Part shown: positions 1-8,198 of the stretch, in pieces | How the letters are laid out: every line of letters starts with the position of its first letter | Position numbering within the stretch: position 1 is the first letter of the stretch | IMG/VR virus record: IMGVR_UViG_2576861193_000006 | Source: a virus | Taxonomy: Duplodnaviria; Heunggongvirae; Uroviricota; Caudoviricetes | Length of the DNA stretch: 35,177 nt | Reading direction: 5' to 3' (one strand) | The notes under the pieces: model-generated | What the model saw: only the letters and a program-made list of their open reading frames with translations | What the model was told of the DNA's origin: nothing | The model's database searches: none | Program-made: the position numbers and the translations under genes

Positions 1-462
1 ATGCTGGGTGATTGTTTCCCTCCTGATTTTAAGGCTAATTTTAGTCGTGAAAGAGGTATATCACCCGGTGATGTATTGTATCTTCATTGTGATTTTACGA
101 CCCCACCTAAAGTAAAATATATGGTGGTTGTTTGCTGTGAACCTCTTTTAGTTCTTCTAATAAATTCAGATATAAATGAATTTATTAAGAGAAACAATGA
201 TCTTATGGCTTGTCAGGTCGAAATTAATAGAGAGGACCATGATTTTCTTAAATGGGACTCATTTGTTAATTGCATTGAGGCTCATGCTGCTTTCGATCTT
301 GAAATTATTAAAGAGAAAATAGCCATCCAATATGGCGACGTGCTAAAAGGTCGCATTACAGATCATTGTATGAGACAAGTTCGATGTGCAGTTGAGATAT
401 CTAAAATCATGGTTAAACGGCATAAAAAACTGATACTCGCTGCTCTTCAACATTATGAATAA
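1..462 (+). CDS. hypothetical protein, 153 aa, AT-rich cargo gene; no recognisable domain
   Basis: ORF with ATG at 1 and TAA at 460-462, followed by a hairpin terminator; base composition visibly more AT-rich than the phage core; convergent with xis. May be 5'-truncated by the window edge. Confidence 0.4.
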   Translation: MLGDCFPPDFKANFSRERGISPGDVLYLHCDFTTPPKVKYMVVVCCEPLLVLLINSDINEFIKRNNDLMACQVEINREDHDFLKWDSFVNCIEAHAAFDLEIIKEKIAIQYGDVLKGRITDHCMRQVRCAVEISKIMVKRHKKLILAALQHYE

Positions 463-483
463 ACCCACCTTTGGATGGGTTTA
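461..483. terminator. hairpin between convergent genes (AAACCCA-loop-TGGGTTT)
   Basis: 7-bp inverted repeat at 461-467/476-482 directly after the stop of ORF 1..462 and 13 nt before the stop of the minus-strand xis-like gene. Confidence 0.5.
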
Positions 484-495
484 TTCATATTCTAT

Positions 496-768
496 TTAAA
501 TGAGCCTTTGTTTATGGGTTCTGACCCTTTCCCACTCAGCACGCCCTTCTTCTCGCCTTTTGTCTATGTATTCCGCAAGATCCTGAATATTGATGCAACG
601 TTTTGCTTTTTGTGATGTGCCGATGCGATATGTTGGAACGGGCAACTTACAAGCGTTTGCTTTTGCTTCTGCCGTGGCTGGACTCATGCCAAAGTACTTT
701 TGGCTAACTGCTGAGAGTTCAATGTTAGGGGTATTGAATTCAGCCATCAGTAAAAACAAGGTGTTCAT
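496..768 (-). CDS. xis: excisionase-like DNA-binding protein (putative Xis)
   Basis: Small basic protein MNTLFLLMAEF... resembling lambdoid prophage excisionase-like proteins; ATG at 768 has GGAG 6 nt upstream; the longer ORF reaching 795 lacks an RBS. Confidence 0.6.
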   Translation of the reverse strand: MNTLFLLMAEFNTPNIELSAVSQKYFGMSPATAEAKANACKLPVPTYRIGTSQKAKRCINIQDLAEYIDKRREEGRAEWERVRTHKQRLI

Positions 769-804
769 AATTTTCTCCATCAAAACCGGCTGCACCCGGG
801 AAAA

Positions 805-1380
805 TCATAATTCTGTGCTGGTGGCAGGAATTAATTTCTGCCAGATAGCGGAAACATATTTTGCCTGATGACGGGCATCAGCCAGGGCGTTGTGCCGTTC
901 GCCATCGAAAGGCATGTCCATTTTGGGGTCGAATCCGATGGAACGCCCAAGCGTAACGATCGTGCGTACATCGTGGTCATTCCAGTACGCCCACGGGCAG
1001 ATTTGTCCTGCTCGCTCATAAGCTCCACGTAAAATTACGTTGTCGAAGGTGGCCCCGTTACCCCAGACTTTTAAATATTTCGTATTGTCTGCGTGCCGGT
1101 TAATGAAATGGTTTAGTTCTGAGAGTGCATCGCTGATCGACAAAGTATCATCAATACAGATTGCAGCTCGCGCTTCAGGGCTTTGTTTCAACCACCACAG
1201 GATGGTATCGCCGTCAGGTGTAGCTCCTTGCTTCATAGCACTGTCTAGGCTGACAACCGCATAGAATTCTTGTCCGATGTCTCCGGTTTCTGGAGTGAAG
1301 AACACCGCGCCAATGGAAACGATCGGTGCATCCTTATTTTTCCCCATCGTCTCAAGGTCGATCATTAAGTTGTTCATCAC
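805..1380 (-). CDS. DEDD-family 3'-5' exonuclease (DnaQ-like)
   Basis: Motifs IDLETMG (Exo I) and HNALADA (Exo III); start ATG overlaps upstream stop (ATGA coupling). Confidence 0.75.
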   Translation of the reverse strand: MMNNLMIDLETMGKNKDAPIVSIGAVFFTPETGDIGQEFYAVVSLDSAMKQGATPDGDTILWWLKQSPEARAAICIDDTLSISDALSELNHFINRHADNTKYLKVWGNGATFDNVILRGAYERAGQICPWAYWNDHDVRTIVTLGRSIGFDPKMDMPFDGERHNALADARHQAKYVSAIWQKLIPATSTEL

Positions 1381-1925
1381 TTCACCTCCTGCGGCGGTTC
1401 CGGTAGCGGCATCCAGTGAGTTGCTTGCTCAATACCATTACCCGGCTTAATCGTTGCTTCTCCTCGCCGGAATGTGCTTCCTGTATAGCGTGCGGAGCAT
1501 ATTAGCGGTTCAACCAGATAGCTATCGAAATTCACCGAAATAAGCACGTTCTGGTTCTTTTCAGGCATCCGCTCACTACAGCTTATCCAACCATCCGGAG
1601 TTACCGGAGAGTTGCCATTTATATCGAAGTTTGGCTCTGCGTCCTGAACTAGGAGGATGTAACCATTCTTGGCAGTATCAAGTTCTAACGCCTCGGTGAC
1701 GGTACCGAAATAGCGATTACCTAAATCCGCATCACAAGTGCTTACATCAATGGAAACCTCCATGCCTTCGATTAATTCTGGCAAGTTGTAAGTTTGGCTT
1801 ACATGTTCTGCTCCCAGTGATGCCAGTGCAATCCGTGCCACTTCCATTTGTTCGCCACGGGTAAGCCCGTTATCAAGCGGATTTTTAATGAATAATTCGA
1901 TACGTTCTTTGGTAATAGTGGTCAT
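1377..1925 (-). CDS. DUF551-like phage protein
   Basis: 182-aa ORF with C-terminal HWMPLPEPP motif typical of DUF551 proteins of lambdoid prophages; translationally coupled to neighbours. Confidence 0.65.
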   Translation of the reverse strand: MTTITKERIELFIKNPLDNGLTRGEQMEVARIALASLGAEHVSQTYNLPELIEGMEVSIDVSTCDADLGNRYFGTVTEALELDTAKNGYILLVQDAEPNFDINGNSPVTPDGWISCSERMPEKNQNVLISVNFDSYLVEPLICSARYTGSTFRRGEATIKPGNGIEQATHWMPLPEPPQEVK

Positions 1926-1927
1926 AG

Positions 1928-2119
1928 CTATTTCACCTTAATCTCAACATTTCGCAGCTTTAGCTCTACTGGCAGGTCTGACTTTCCTGTTAATGCTAAT
2001 GCGAGATTTTCTGGGGTAATGAGAGCGGTTATTGTTTTCCCCATCGCCAGACGAATAATCATTCGTATCTCGCTATCGTCACATGCTCCCGGTCGAACAA
2101 TTGATATTTGTCCGTTCAT
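1928..2119 (-). CDS. small hypothetical protein (63 aa)
   Basis: ATG at 2119 lies 1 nt after the TGA (2121-2123) of the upstream gene; the longer ORF to 2200 would overlap that gene by 80 nt. Confidence 0.45.
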   Translation of the reverse strand: MNGQISIVRPGACDDSEIRMIIRLAMGKTITALITPENLALALTGKSDLPVELKLRNVEIKVK

Positions 2120-2120
2120 C

Positions 2121-2624
2121 TCACTCTCCTTTGATACGAATGCCCGCGGCGTGTGGCACATTAACTTCCACGATGCGCACTGTTGGTTTGTACATCTCAA
2201 TCGCTGTCAGCCAGTCAGCTCCTGTCATGCGCTTTTCCGCATCGCCATTAGTCCACTGAACCGGTACACCAATAGCCTTCATCGCGATTTCTATTTCCCC
2301 GGCAATGGCGCTTTTCCCGCAACCAGTAAAACCAGAGACAACGACAAGAACTTCACCTTTGGCTGGTTTTATTTCCCGTGCTTCCAGTTCTGCAATGCGT
2401 TTGCTTTGGGCTTCTCGTTCATCCAACAGCGCCTGCACTACTTCAGGGTTGAAAGCAGCAGCAAGACGGCTGGCGGTATAGTTAATACCCTCGTTGCGAG
2501 CCTCAGCACGTACTTCATCGAATTTACGCACCAGATACTCAGCATTTGTTTCATTCACTTTCAGATCTCGTGGTACACATTTCCCGCGAAGAAACCCTTC
2601 CATTTCGAAAACATTCATGCGCAT
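2121..2624 (-). CDS. P-loop (Walker A) containing early protein
   Basis: GFTGCGKS Walker-A-like motif in the C-terminal half; overlaps upstream HD gene by 10 nt. Confidence 0.65.
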   Translation of the reverse strand: MRMNVFEMEGFLRGKCVPRDLKVNETNAEYLVRKFDEVRAEARNEGINYTASRLAAAFNPEVVQALLDEREAQSKRIAELEAREIKPAKGEVLVVVSGFTGCGKSAIAGEIEIAMKAIGVPVQWTNGDAEKRMTGADWLTAIEMYKPTVRIVEVNVPHAAGIRIKGE

Positions 2625-3151
2625 TTGCGTAACTCCGATAAATCGTTAAAACGTTCCATAAACATCCCGTAGGCATGACCCGGTGCCAGTGGAATCACGT
2701 TGAACATCTCTGTTGCCGGGATGCCTTCCAGTACAGGCCAGAAAGAGCCATCATCAAGCCCGAGATCGCGGCGTTCGGTTGCCAGCATGATGAGATCGGC
2801 ATATTTCACGGGTGTACTCATAACTGGGGGTAACCCGTATTTCTCACGGATTACGGCGTCTATTTTTTCTTCCATCCGTTTATAGTCAGGAAGAAGGCGT
2901 TTCAGTGGTGCGGGAATGTCCTGGCAATACGCTTCTGTTGCATCATGCATTAACGCTTCAAAAGCAAATTCCTGCGGCACCAGCTGGCTGCAAAGAACCG
3001 CATGTTGGGCGACGCTGTAGAAGTGCGAAAGATGACCGGCAAAGCGACAGATATTTGAAAGGGAAACCGCGATATCGTTAATATCGATGTCGTCTTTATT
3101 TATCTTGTCATAATAAAAATGCTTCCCGGAAAAAGTTTTAATAAATGACAT
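2615..3151 (-). CDS. HD-domain phosphohydrolase (YfdR/YfbR-like 5'-deoxynucleotidase)
   Basis: H...HD metal-binding motifs (HFYSVAQHAV, LMHDATEA); start taken at MSFIKTF. Confidence 0.75.
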   Translation of the reverse strand: MSFIKTFSGKHFYYDKINKDDIDINDIAVSLSNICRFAGHLSHFYSVAQHAVLCSQLVPQEFAFEALMHDATEAYCQDIPAPLKRLLPDYKRMEEKIDAVIREKYGLPPVMSTPVKYADLIMLATERRDLGLDDGSFWPVLEGIPATEMFNVIPLAPGHAYGMFMERFNDLSELRKCA

Positions 3152-3278
3152 TTTGTTCTCCACGTATATGCACTGCACCGCGCTGAATTCTGGTAAAAGG
3201 AAGCCCTCACCATCCGGTGATTATTGAGTTAATTACGTTTCCATAAATGCCCCCGCAGGGGCATTTGCAGTAATGAAA

Positions 3279-4103
3279 TCAGGCGGTGAAAGTACCAATA
3301 AAGGTTTCTACTTTGCTGTCTTTGAATTTCTCAACAAGCAGATCACGAAATTCGTTAGCCATTTCTTCCTGCACCGCTTCCAGCTGAATAATGCGCAGAA
3401 CCAGTACAGGACGATCGCCAGTGATAATGCTGAGGCGTAATTTAAACGGACGTTCTTTCAGACCTTCAAACGGAACGCATTTAAATTCAAATGCCACTGG
3501 CATAATGTCTTTGGTCTTCGCTTCGACAGACTCCATCAGGGAGCGTTTGCCGCTGAAGTCATTATCTTCAAAATCAGCGGTCTGGTTTGCTTCAATCGTG
3601 ATTTTACGGACTGCCGCAGCCGCTTTTGTTGCTTGAATGGCGTCACCATTAGCATCAAAGCCCACAAGGTAGTCGGCCCAGTCTTCGATCCATTCTGCCA
3701 GTGACTTCTGGGAGTTACGCTCGCCGTTAACAGACAACAGAGCAGAGAACGGTGCTGTCTTTTTCAGTTTGAGAGTGGCAGTGTTATCTGCGTGACCTGG
3801 CTCATCAATAGTACCCAGGTTAAGCACACTGACGGCACGCATATTATCGGCATCGATAAAGCAGCGGGTGCCTTCATCTGCAAGATCTTTAGAATAACGG
3901 GTAAAATCATCGATGCTGGCAGTGGAAAGTGCACCACGGAAACGGAAGCGATTTAAATTAAATTTTTCCAGATCATGAATGCGGAAATTCTCAGGCAATG
4001 CCACAGCATCGGCACCAATCTTACTGATAATTTCATTAACACCCTGAGCAGAAATAAGGGCATGGATTTGATTAATTGCGGTTGCGTCTAAGTTCTGAGA
4101 CAT
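3279..4103 (-). CDS. DUF2303 / YfdQ-like protein
   Basis: 274-aa ORF starting [12 protein letters not shown], resembling YfdQ of E. coli CPS-53-type prophages. Confidence 0.7.
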   Translation of the reverse strand: MSQNLDATAINQIHALISAQGVNEIISKIGADAVALPENFRIHDLEKFNLNRFRFRGALSTASIDDFTRYSKDLADEGTRCFIDADNMRAVSVLNLGTIDEPGHADNTATLKLKKTAPFSALLSVNGERNSQKSLAEWIEDWADYLVGFDANGDAIQATKAAAAVRKITIEANQTADFEDNDFSGKRSLMESVEAKTKDIMPVAFEFKCVPFEGLKERPFKLRLSIITGDRPVLVLRIIQLEAVQEEMANEFRDLLVEKFKDSKVETFIGTFTA

Positions 4104-4168
4104 AATAAGTCCTCACTATATAAAGATATTCAGTGATGAGATAAATAATCAGTTTATTACGAACGATA

Positions 4169-4531
4169 TTAACGACCTGCTGCGCGGAGTTTTCCGTCAG
4201 GTTCACCGGCAAGAGTCAGTAATTGTCCCTGGTCTTCCTGCAGAATAGTCAGGCGGCCACCGCGATTGACATACATCGGCGTTTCGGTGGTGTCTTCTTC
4301 GGAAATTTTCCCGCGGTTAGTCGGGCGAACATATGAGAGTTTGTGTTTGATTTTCACACGGTTCTCATCAAATGGTTCGATTTCCAGGTTGAGCGAGACC
4401 TTACCTTTGGTTTTCGTGTTCATCACACCGGAAGCGACTTCACTGAGAACTGCGCCGATTTTGGTTTCAAATACGCCGCCGTCCAGCTCCCCGATAAATG
4501 CCTGCACATCAGTACTGCGTTCGCTAGCCAT
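4169..4531 (-). CDS. YfdP-like hypothetical protein (120 aa)
   Basis: ATG at 4531 with GAGGAG 7 nt upstream; the longer ORF to 4762 has no RBS and an implausible N-terminus. Confidence 0.65.
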   Translation of the reverse strand: MASERSTDVQAFIGELDGGVFETKIGAVLSEVASGVMNTKTKGKVSLNLEIEPFDENRVKIKHKLSYVRPTNRGKISEEDTTETPMYVNRGGRLTILQEDQGQLLTLAGEPDGKLRAAGR

Positions 4532-4578
4532 TTTGCTGCTCCTCATCATATCGACCCTGCAAGGTCGGTTAGTTTCTC

Positions 4579-4680
4579 CACAAAACAGAGAAGAACACCT
4601 GCGGTGGCAGCCGCCCGGATGGATTGGGTTATGAGCCCGTCGTCCGGTGATGCTCTTCTCTGTTTTGTAAAAAGAGCGGT
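4579..4680 (-). promoter_or_regulatory. boxA-like motif (CGCUCUUUUUA on the leftward transcript) followed by a compound hairpin; candidate nutL/put-like antitermination element
   Basis: Reverse complement of 4668-4678 reads CGCTCTTTTTA; 14-bp perfect inverted repeat 4581-4594/4654-4667 encloses a nested CCGGA/TCCGG hairpin; located about 50 nt upstream of the first early-left gene. Confidence 0.3.
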
Positions 4681-5139
4681 ACCAGCCGGAAGCAAGTGTA
4701 CAAACTGGTACCGCCAAAGCAGTGGCTGTTGTGGTGGGGTTGTCACTCAGGTGTATGGTCAACCTGACAATCCGGTGTCCTCAACGGGGAAAGAGTAACC
4801 CCGCCATACTTACCGCCGCGCCATTTCGCGGATTACCACAACGCTGAGAGCACTTAGCCAGTTACGGCACCACACTTTGTCGCGGTTCCATAAATGCCCT
4901 CATCGTTGCACCCTGGTCTCTTCCCAGGCGTCAAACCGAATCGCCACGCTGGTTAGGCGTCTTATCAGCATCCTCATTGACTTGCACATTCCGGCTACCT
5001 GGTTTGTTTGCCCGAGCAAGGAGTGGATTGTCCCCTTTAACGTCCCCAGACCGCTAACGACGCATGTGCCATACGCCGTGTTACAACCAAATTTTGTTAG
5101 TACCTTGTTTGTAGGTCTGGAAAGAAAGATAAAATGAAG

Positions 5140-5178
5140 TTGCGCATTATGCAAGTGTTTTTATTGCGAGATATGCAA
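5140..5178 (-). promoter_or_regulatory. candidate OL operators and pL promoter
   Basis: Two TTGC-N7-GCAA 15-mers (5140-5154, 5164-5178); on the minus strand TTGCAT (-35), 17-nt spacer, CATAAT (-10). Confidence 0.4.
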
Positions 5179-5188
5179 TTTAGTGGGT

Positions 5189-5213
5189 AATGAAAAGCCA
5201 CCTTCTGGTGGCT
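5189..5213 (-). terminator. rho-independent terminator downstream of cI
   Basis: AGCCACC/GGTGGCT stem followed on the minus strand by TTTTCATT, 20 nt past the cI stop. Confidence 0.55.
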
Positions 5214-5234
5214 AATTGATGTTGAGGTAGGGGG

Positions 5235-5927
5235 TTAATTGTGTCGCTTAAGGGTTTGTGACTGACTGATTAAGACCTTTCCAAAGACCATAAACCGGTG
5301 TTCGTTTTCGCTGGTAATTCCCCATTCGCGGTAAATCTGATTATCAGAAATTACCAGCAGTTTATCAGGTATCATTTGCAGTCGTTTGACGTAAATTTTA
5401 TCATCAAAACCAAATACATATATACCATCCCCATCAAACTGATTGATACTGATATCAACGAAGATGAGATCTCCTGGCTCAATGGTTGGACACATACTGT
5501 CCCCACGAACGTTGATAACTTTAATGTGATTTGCTGGTCGTCCACCAAACATCGATACAGCATTATCAGTTCTGTATTCAATGGCATGAATCACATCAAT
5601 GACATCACCGCCCTGGATAAGGCCATTTCCCGCACTGGCACTGACATCCAGCATTTCAATACGGAATACATCCTTCACCTGCGCAACATCCTCACTAATA
5701 CTGTTTTTACATACAGTATTACTTTTGAGGTCTGAGGTAAAGAGATCAGCAATATCAACACCTAAGCTCCTGGCAATATTACTCAGGGCTTGTTCAGTGA
5801 ATTGTTTCTGCTTACCTGTTTCGAGGCGCGAGATATTCGCCGCATCCACTCCTATTGCTTCAGCGAGATCGGCGATTTTCATGTTCTTCGCCTGGCGAAG
5901 TTGTCTGACTCGATTTCCTATGTTCAT
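5235..5927 (-). CDS. cI: CI-type prophage repressor (HTH_XRE N-terminal domain + S24 LexA-like peptidase domain)
   Basis: N-terminal HTH (QLRQAKNMKIADLAEAIGV), C-terminal S24 features (GDSM ... K); divergent from cro-like gene across an operator region. Confidence 0.9.
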   Translation of the reverse strand: MNIGNRVRQLRQAKNMKIADLAEAIGVDAANISRLETGKQKQFTEQALSNIARSLGVDIADLFTSDLKSNTVCKNSISEDVAQVKDVFRIEMLDVSASAGNGLIQGGDVIDVIHAIEYRTDNAVSMFGGRPANHIKVINVRGDSMCPTIEPGDLIFVDISINQFDGDGIYVFGFDDKIYVKRLQMIPDKLLVISDNQIYREWGITSENEHRFMVFGKVLISQSQTLKRHN

Positions 5928-5939
5928 GCGTTTATTACA

Positions 5940-6015
5940 TTTCTTTATTGCGCGTTAAGCAAATCAACTTGCGCAAAATATTTGCGTGAAATAATATGCT
6001 CATCACGCAATATGT
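5940..6015. promoter_or_regulatory. OR operator region with candidate PR and PRM
   Basis: TTGC-N7-GCAA 15-mer (5948-5962) and related TTGCGC half-sites; PR candidate TTGCGC (-35, 5969-5974) / TAATAT (-10, 5992-5997); inverted repeat TTGCGTGA (5981-5988) / TCACGCAA (6004-6011). Confidence 0.45.
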
Positions 6016-6024
6016 GGAGGTTAT

Positions 6025-6285
6025 ATGCAATCACCATTACGGAATGTGCGTAAGGCGCACGGATTTACTTTGCAGCATGTTGCTGCGGGCGTTCAGGTCA
6101 ATCCAGCGACGCTGAGTCGTATTGAAAGACTGGAACAAATTCCATCTATCGATCTTGCAGAACGTCTGGCCAATTTTTTTAAGGGTGAAATCAGCGAAAT
6201 GCAGATTCTTTATCCGGCACGTTTTCAATCTAGCCAAAACCAGAATGGGTTTAAACCACAGGAACAGGAGGTAAGCCGTGGGTAA
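6025..6285 (+). CDS. cro: Cro-like HTH regulator
   Basis: HTH_XRE motif (FTLQHVAAGVQVNPATLSRIE); GGAGG 4 nt upstream of ATG; divergent from cI. Confidence 0.8.
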   Translation: MQSPLRNVRKAHGFTLQHVAAGVQVNPATLSRIERLEQIPSIDLAERLANFFKGEISEMQILYPARFQSSQNQNGFKPQEQEVSRG

Positions 6286-6829
6286 GCATCATTGGAAAGT
6301 GGAAAAACAACCTGAGTGGTACGTGAAAGCTGTCAGAAAAACTATCGCGGCATTGCCTGGGGGTTACGCTGAAGCTGCTGACTGGCTGGATGTAACAGAG
6401 AACGCTTTATTCAACCGCCTTCGTGCAGATGGCGATCAGATTTTCCCGCTGGGATGGGCAATGGTTTTACAGCGCGCGGCTGGCACTCACTACATTGCGG
6501 ATGCTGTCGCACAGTCTGCTGGTGGGGTGTTCGTATCGCTTCCTGAAATTGAGGAAGTAGAGAACGCCGATATAAACCAGCGCCTGCTGGAAGTCATCGA
6601 ACAGATCGGGAATTACTCAAAGCAGATTCGTTCGGCAATCGAAGATGGGGTCGTGGAGCCACACGAGCAGACAGCAATTAATGATGAGTTGTATCTGTCA
6701 ATTTCGAAGCTCCAGGAGCATGCAGCACTGGTCTACAAAATCTTCTGCGCTCCAGAAAAGAGTGACGCCCGCGAGTGTGCAGCTCCGGGCGTCGTGGCGT
6801 TTTGTGTCTGTGGAGAAACTAACGCATGA
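6278..6829 (+). CDS. CII-like / YdaT-like regulatory protein (putative)
   Basis: GTG start with AGGAGGT 5 nt upstream; position immediately after cro; weak remembered similarity to phage CII (CP76)-family proteins. Confidence 0.55.
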   Translation: MGKHHWKVEKQPEWYVKAVRKTIAALPGGYAEAADWLDVTENALFNRLRADGDQIFPLGWAMVLQRAAGTHYIADAVAQSAGGVFVSLPEIEEVENADINQRLLEVIEQIGNYSKQIRSAIEDGVVEPHEQTAINDELYLSISKLQEHAALVYKIFCAPEKSDARECAAPGVVAFCVCGETNA

Positions 6830-7236
6830 ACAGTTTAACGGCAAATAACCGTTTGTCGCAACAGCTGGTGGTCAGTGTCGCTGAACACCTGTTGTTACGG
6901 TATGAATGCAGATTACCAAATCACCTGGCTGTAAGTAACCACAGAGAACTTTACCTGACTGTGGGGGGCGAGTTGTGCAGGAACTTAACCGCTGGTTTCG
7001 TGACGGAAGAGGGCTTTATGTCCATGTTATTCGTTGGGAGCCAGAAACACAGCGCGTTATCTATCTTCGCAAAGACTACCCGCATGAGTGCTTTAGTCCT
7101 TTGTGGAAATTCAGGCATGATTTTGTTGAGTGTGAAGGACCACCAGCACATTGATTCTGCCATTCCGGGACGTTACACTGTTCAGGCACCTTATAAAGCG
7201 GGTGCCGGGCGTGGAAACCCGGAATTCACCAAAGCG

Positions 7237-7281
7237 CACAACCGCGCTCTTGCGGTTTTTTTGTGTAATGAGCAGCATTAC
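7237..7281 (+). promoter_or_regulatory. boxA-like CGCTCTT plus hairpins (terminator-like stem with T7 run; GTAATG/CATTAC hairpin)
   Basis: ACCGC/GCGGT stem (7241-7256) followed by TTTTTTT (7256-7262); CGCTCTT at 7245-7251; hairpin 7265-7281; lies inside the long ORF 6826..7977, arguing against that ORF's N-terminal part. Confidence 0.3.
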
Positions 7282-7431
7282 GCCCAAATTATGGTGGGGC
7301 GTGCAGGGCCAACTTCGGTTGGGCCGGGTTCTTTGGTGACCGGTATTTCCACCCCTGTACGTCTCACCACCAATAAGGTCGTGGAAAGCCTTGGTGGTGA
7401 GTTATTAAAAATCACCAAAGAGGCTGCCATC

Positions 7432-7977
7432 ATGGCTACGATCCCAACCCTCACTCAACCTGAAATTGCCATCGTTGATGGTCAGGCTGTTACTTCATCC
7501 CTGGCTGTTGCCAACTTCTTCTCCAAACGTCATGACGATGTACTGAAAAAGATCCGCACGCTTGAATGCTCTGCATCATTCACTGCCCGCAATTTTTCGG
7601 TGAGTGATTACACCGATTGCACAGGCCGCAAACTACCTTGCTATCAAATAACCCGCGACGGCTTTGCGTTTCTTGCTATGGGGTTCACGGGTAAACGTGC
7701 TGCCCAGTTCAAAGAGGCATACATCAATGCCTTTAACCAGATGGAGAAACAGCTTTCAAATCCCTCTGTACTGAGCGACGTTGCACATAACGCCAGCGTT
7801 CTCTATTCCTACATTTCATCAATTCATCAGGTCTGGCTGCAGCAGCTTTATCCTATGTTGGCAAAAGCCGAATCTCCGCTGGCTGTTAGCTTGTATGACT
7901 ATATTAATGATGCTTCGGCACTGGCCTGCCTCATAAATTTGTCGCTGAACCCTTCAGAGGTAAGGGGGCGCAAATGA
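7432..7977 (+). CDS. rha: Rha-family phage regulatory protein
   Basis: Rha domain begins at MATIPTLTQPEIAIVDGQAV...; GAGG upstream of ATG at 7432; the upstream in-frame extension to 6826 is judged not part of the protein. Confidence 0.7.
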   Translation: MATIPTLTQPEIAIVDGQAVTSSLAVANFFSKRHDDVLKKIRTLECSASFTARNFSVSDYTDCTGRKLPCYQITRDGFAFLAMGFTGKRAAQFKEAYINAFNQMEKQLSNPSVLSDVAHNASVLYSYISSIHQVWLQQLYPMLAKAESPLAVSLYDYINDASALACLINLSLNPSEVRGRK

Positions 7978-8198
7978 TCCGGAATATTTTCAAACGGTTT
8001 ACCAATCAGACTTTCCGTTGTCCTCGTCCTGGTCAGTGGTACACCACGCCTGCAGGGCATGTTCTACGTGTCAGCCTGGTTGACCGTGAATGTCAGAAGG
8101 TGATTTGTGAACCGCTGGGCCGTAATTACCGCATCAGTATGCCGCTTATAGCCTTTTGCTCCGGAAAAAACATGAAGCATCTCGGAGGTGCAGCATGA
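7974..8198 (+). CDS. small hypothetical protein (74 aa)
   Basis: ATG overlaps rha stop (ATGA). Confidence 0.45.
   Translation: MIRNIFKRFTNQTFRCPRPGQWYTTPAGHVLRVSLVDRECQKVICEPLGRNYRISMPLIAFCSGKNMKHLGGAA

Noticed and set aside
2019-2672. 217-aa plus-strand ORF
   Set aside because: Antisense to the P-loop and HD genes, which have recognisable motifs
4343-4798. 151-aa plus-strand ORF
   Set aside because: Antisense to the YfdP-like gene and runs into the structured leader; no RBS; odd composition
4900-5154. 84-aa minus-strand ORF in the pL leader, considered as a possible N gene
   Set aside because: Its start codon lies inside the predicted pL -10/operator, upstream of the likely transcription start; no arginine-rich N-terminal motif
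6826-7431. N-terminal 200 aa of the 383-aa ORF ending at 7977
   Set aside because: Rha domain starts at 7432 with its own RBS; a terminator-like hairpin and an alternative-frame ORF lie inside; treated as a separate uncertain region (see findings)
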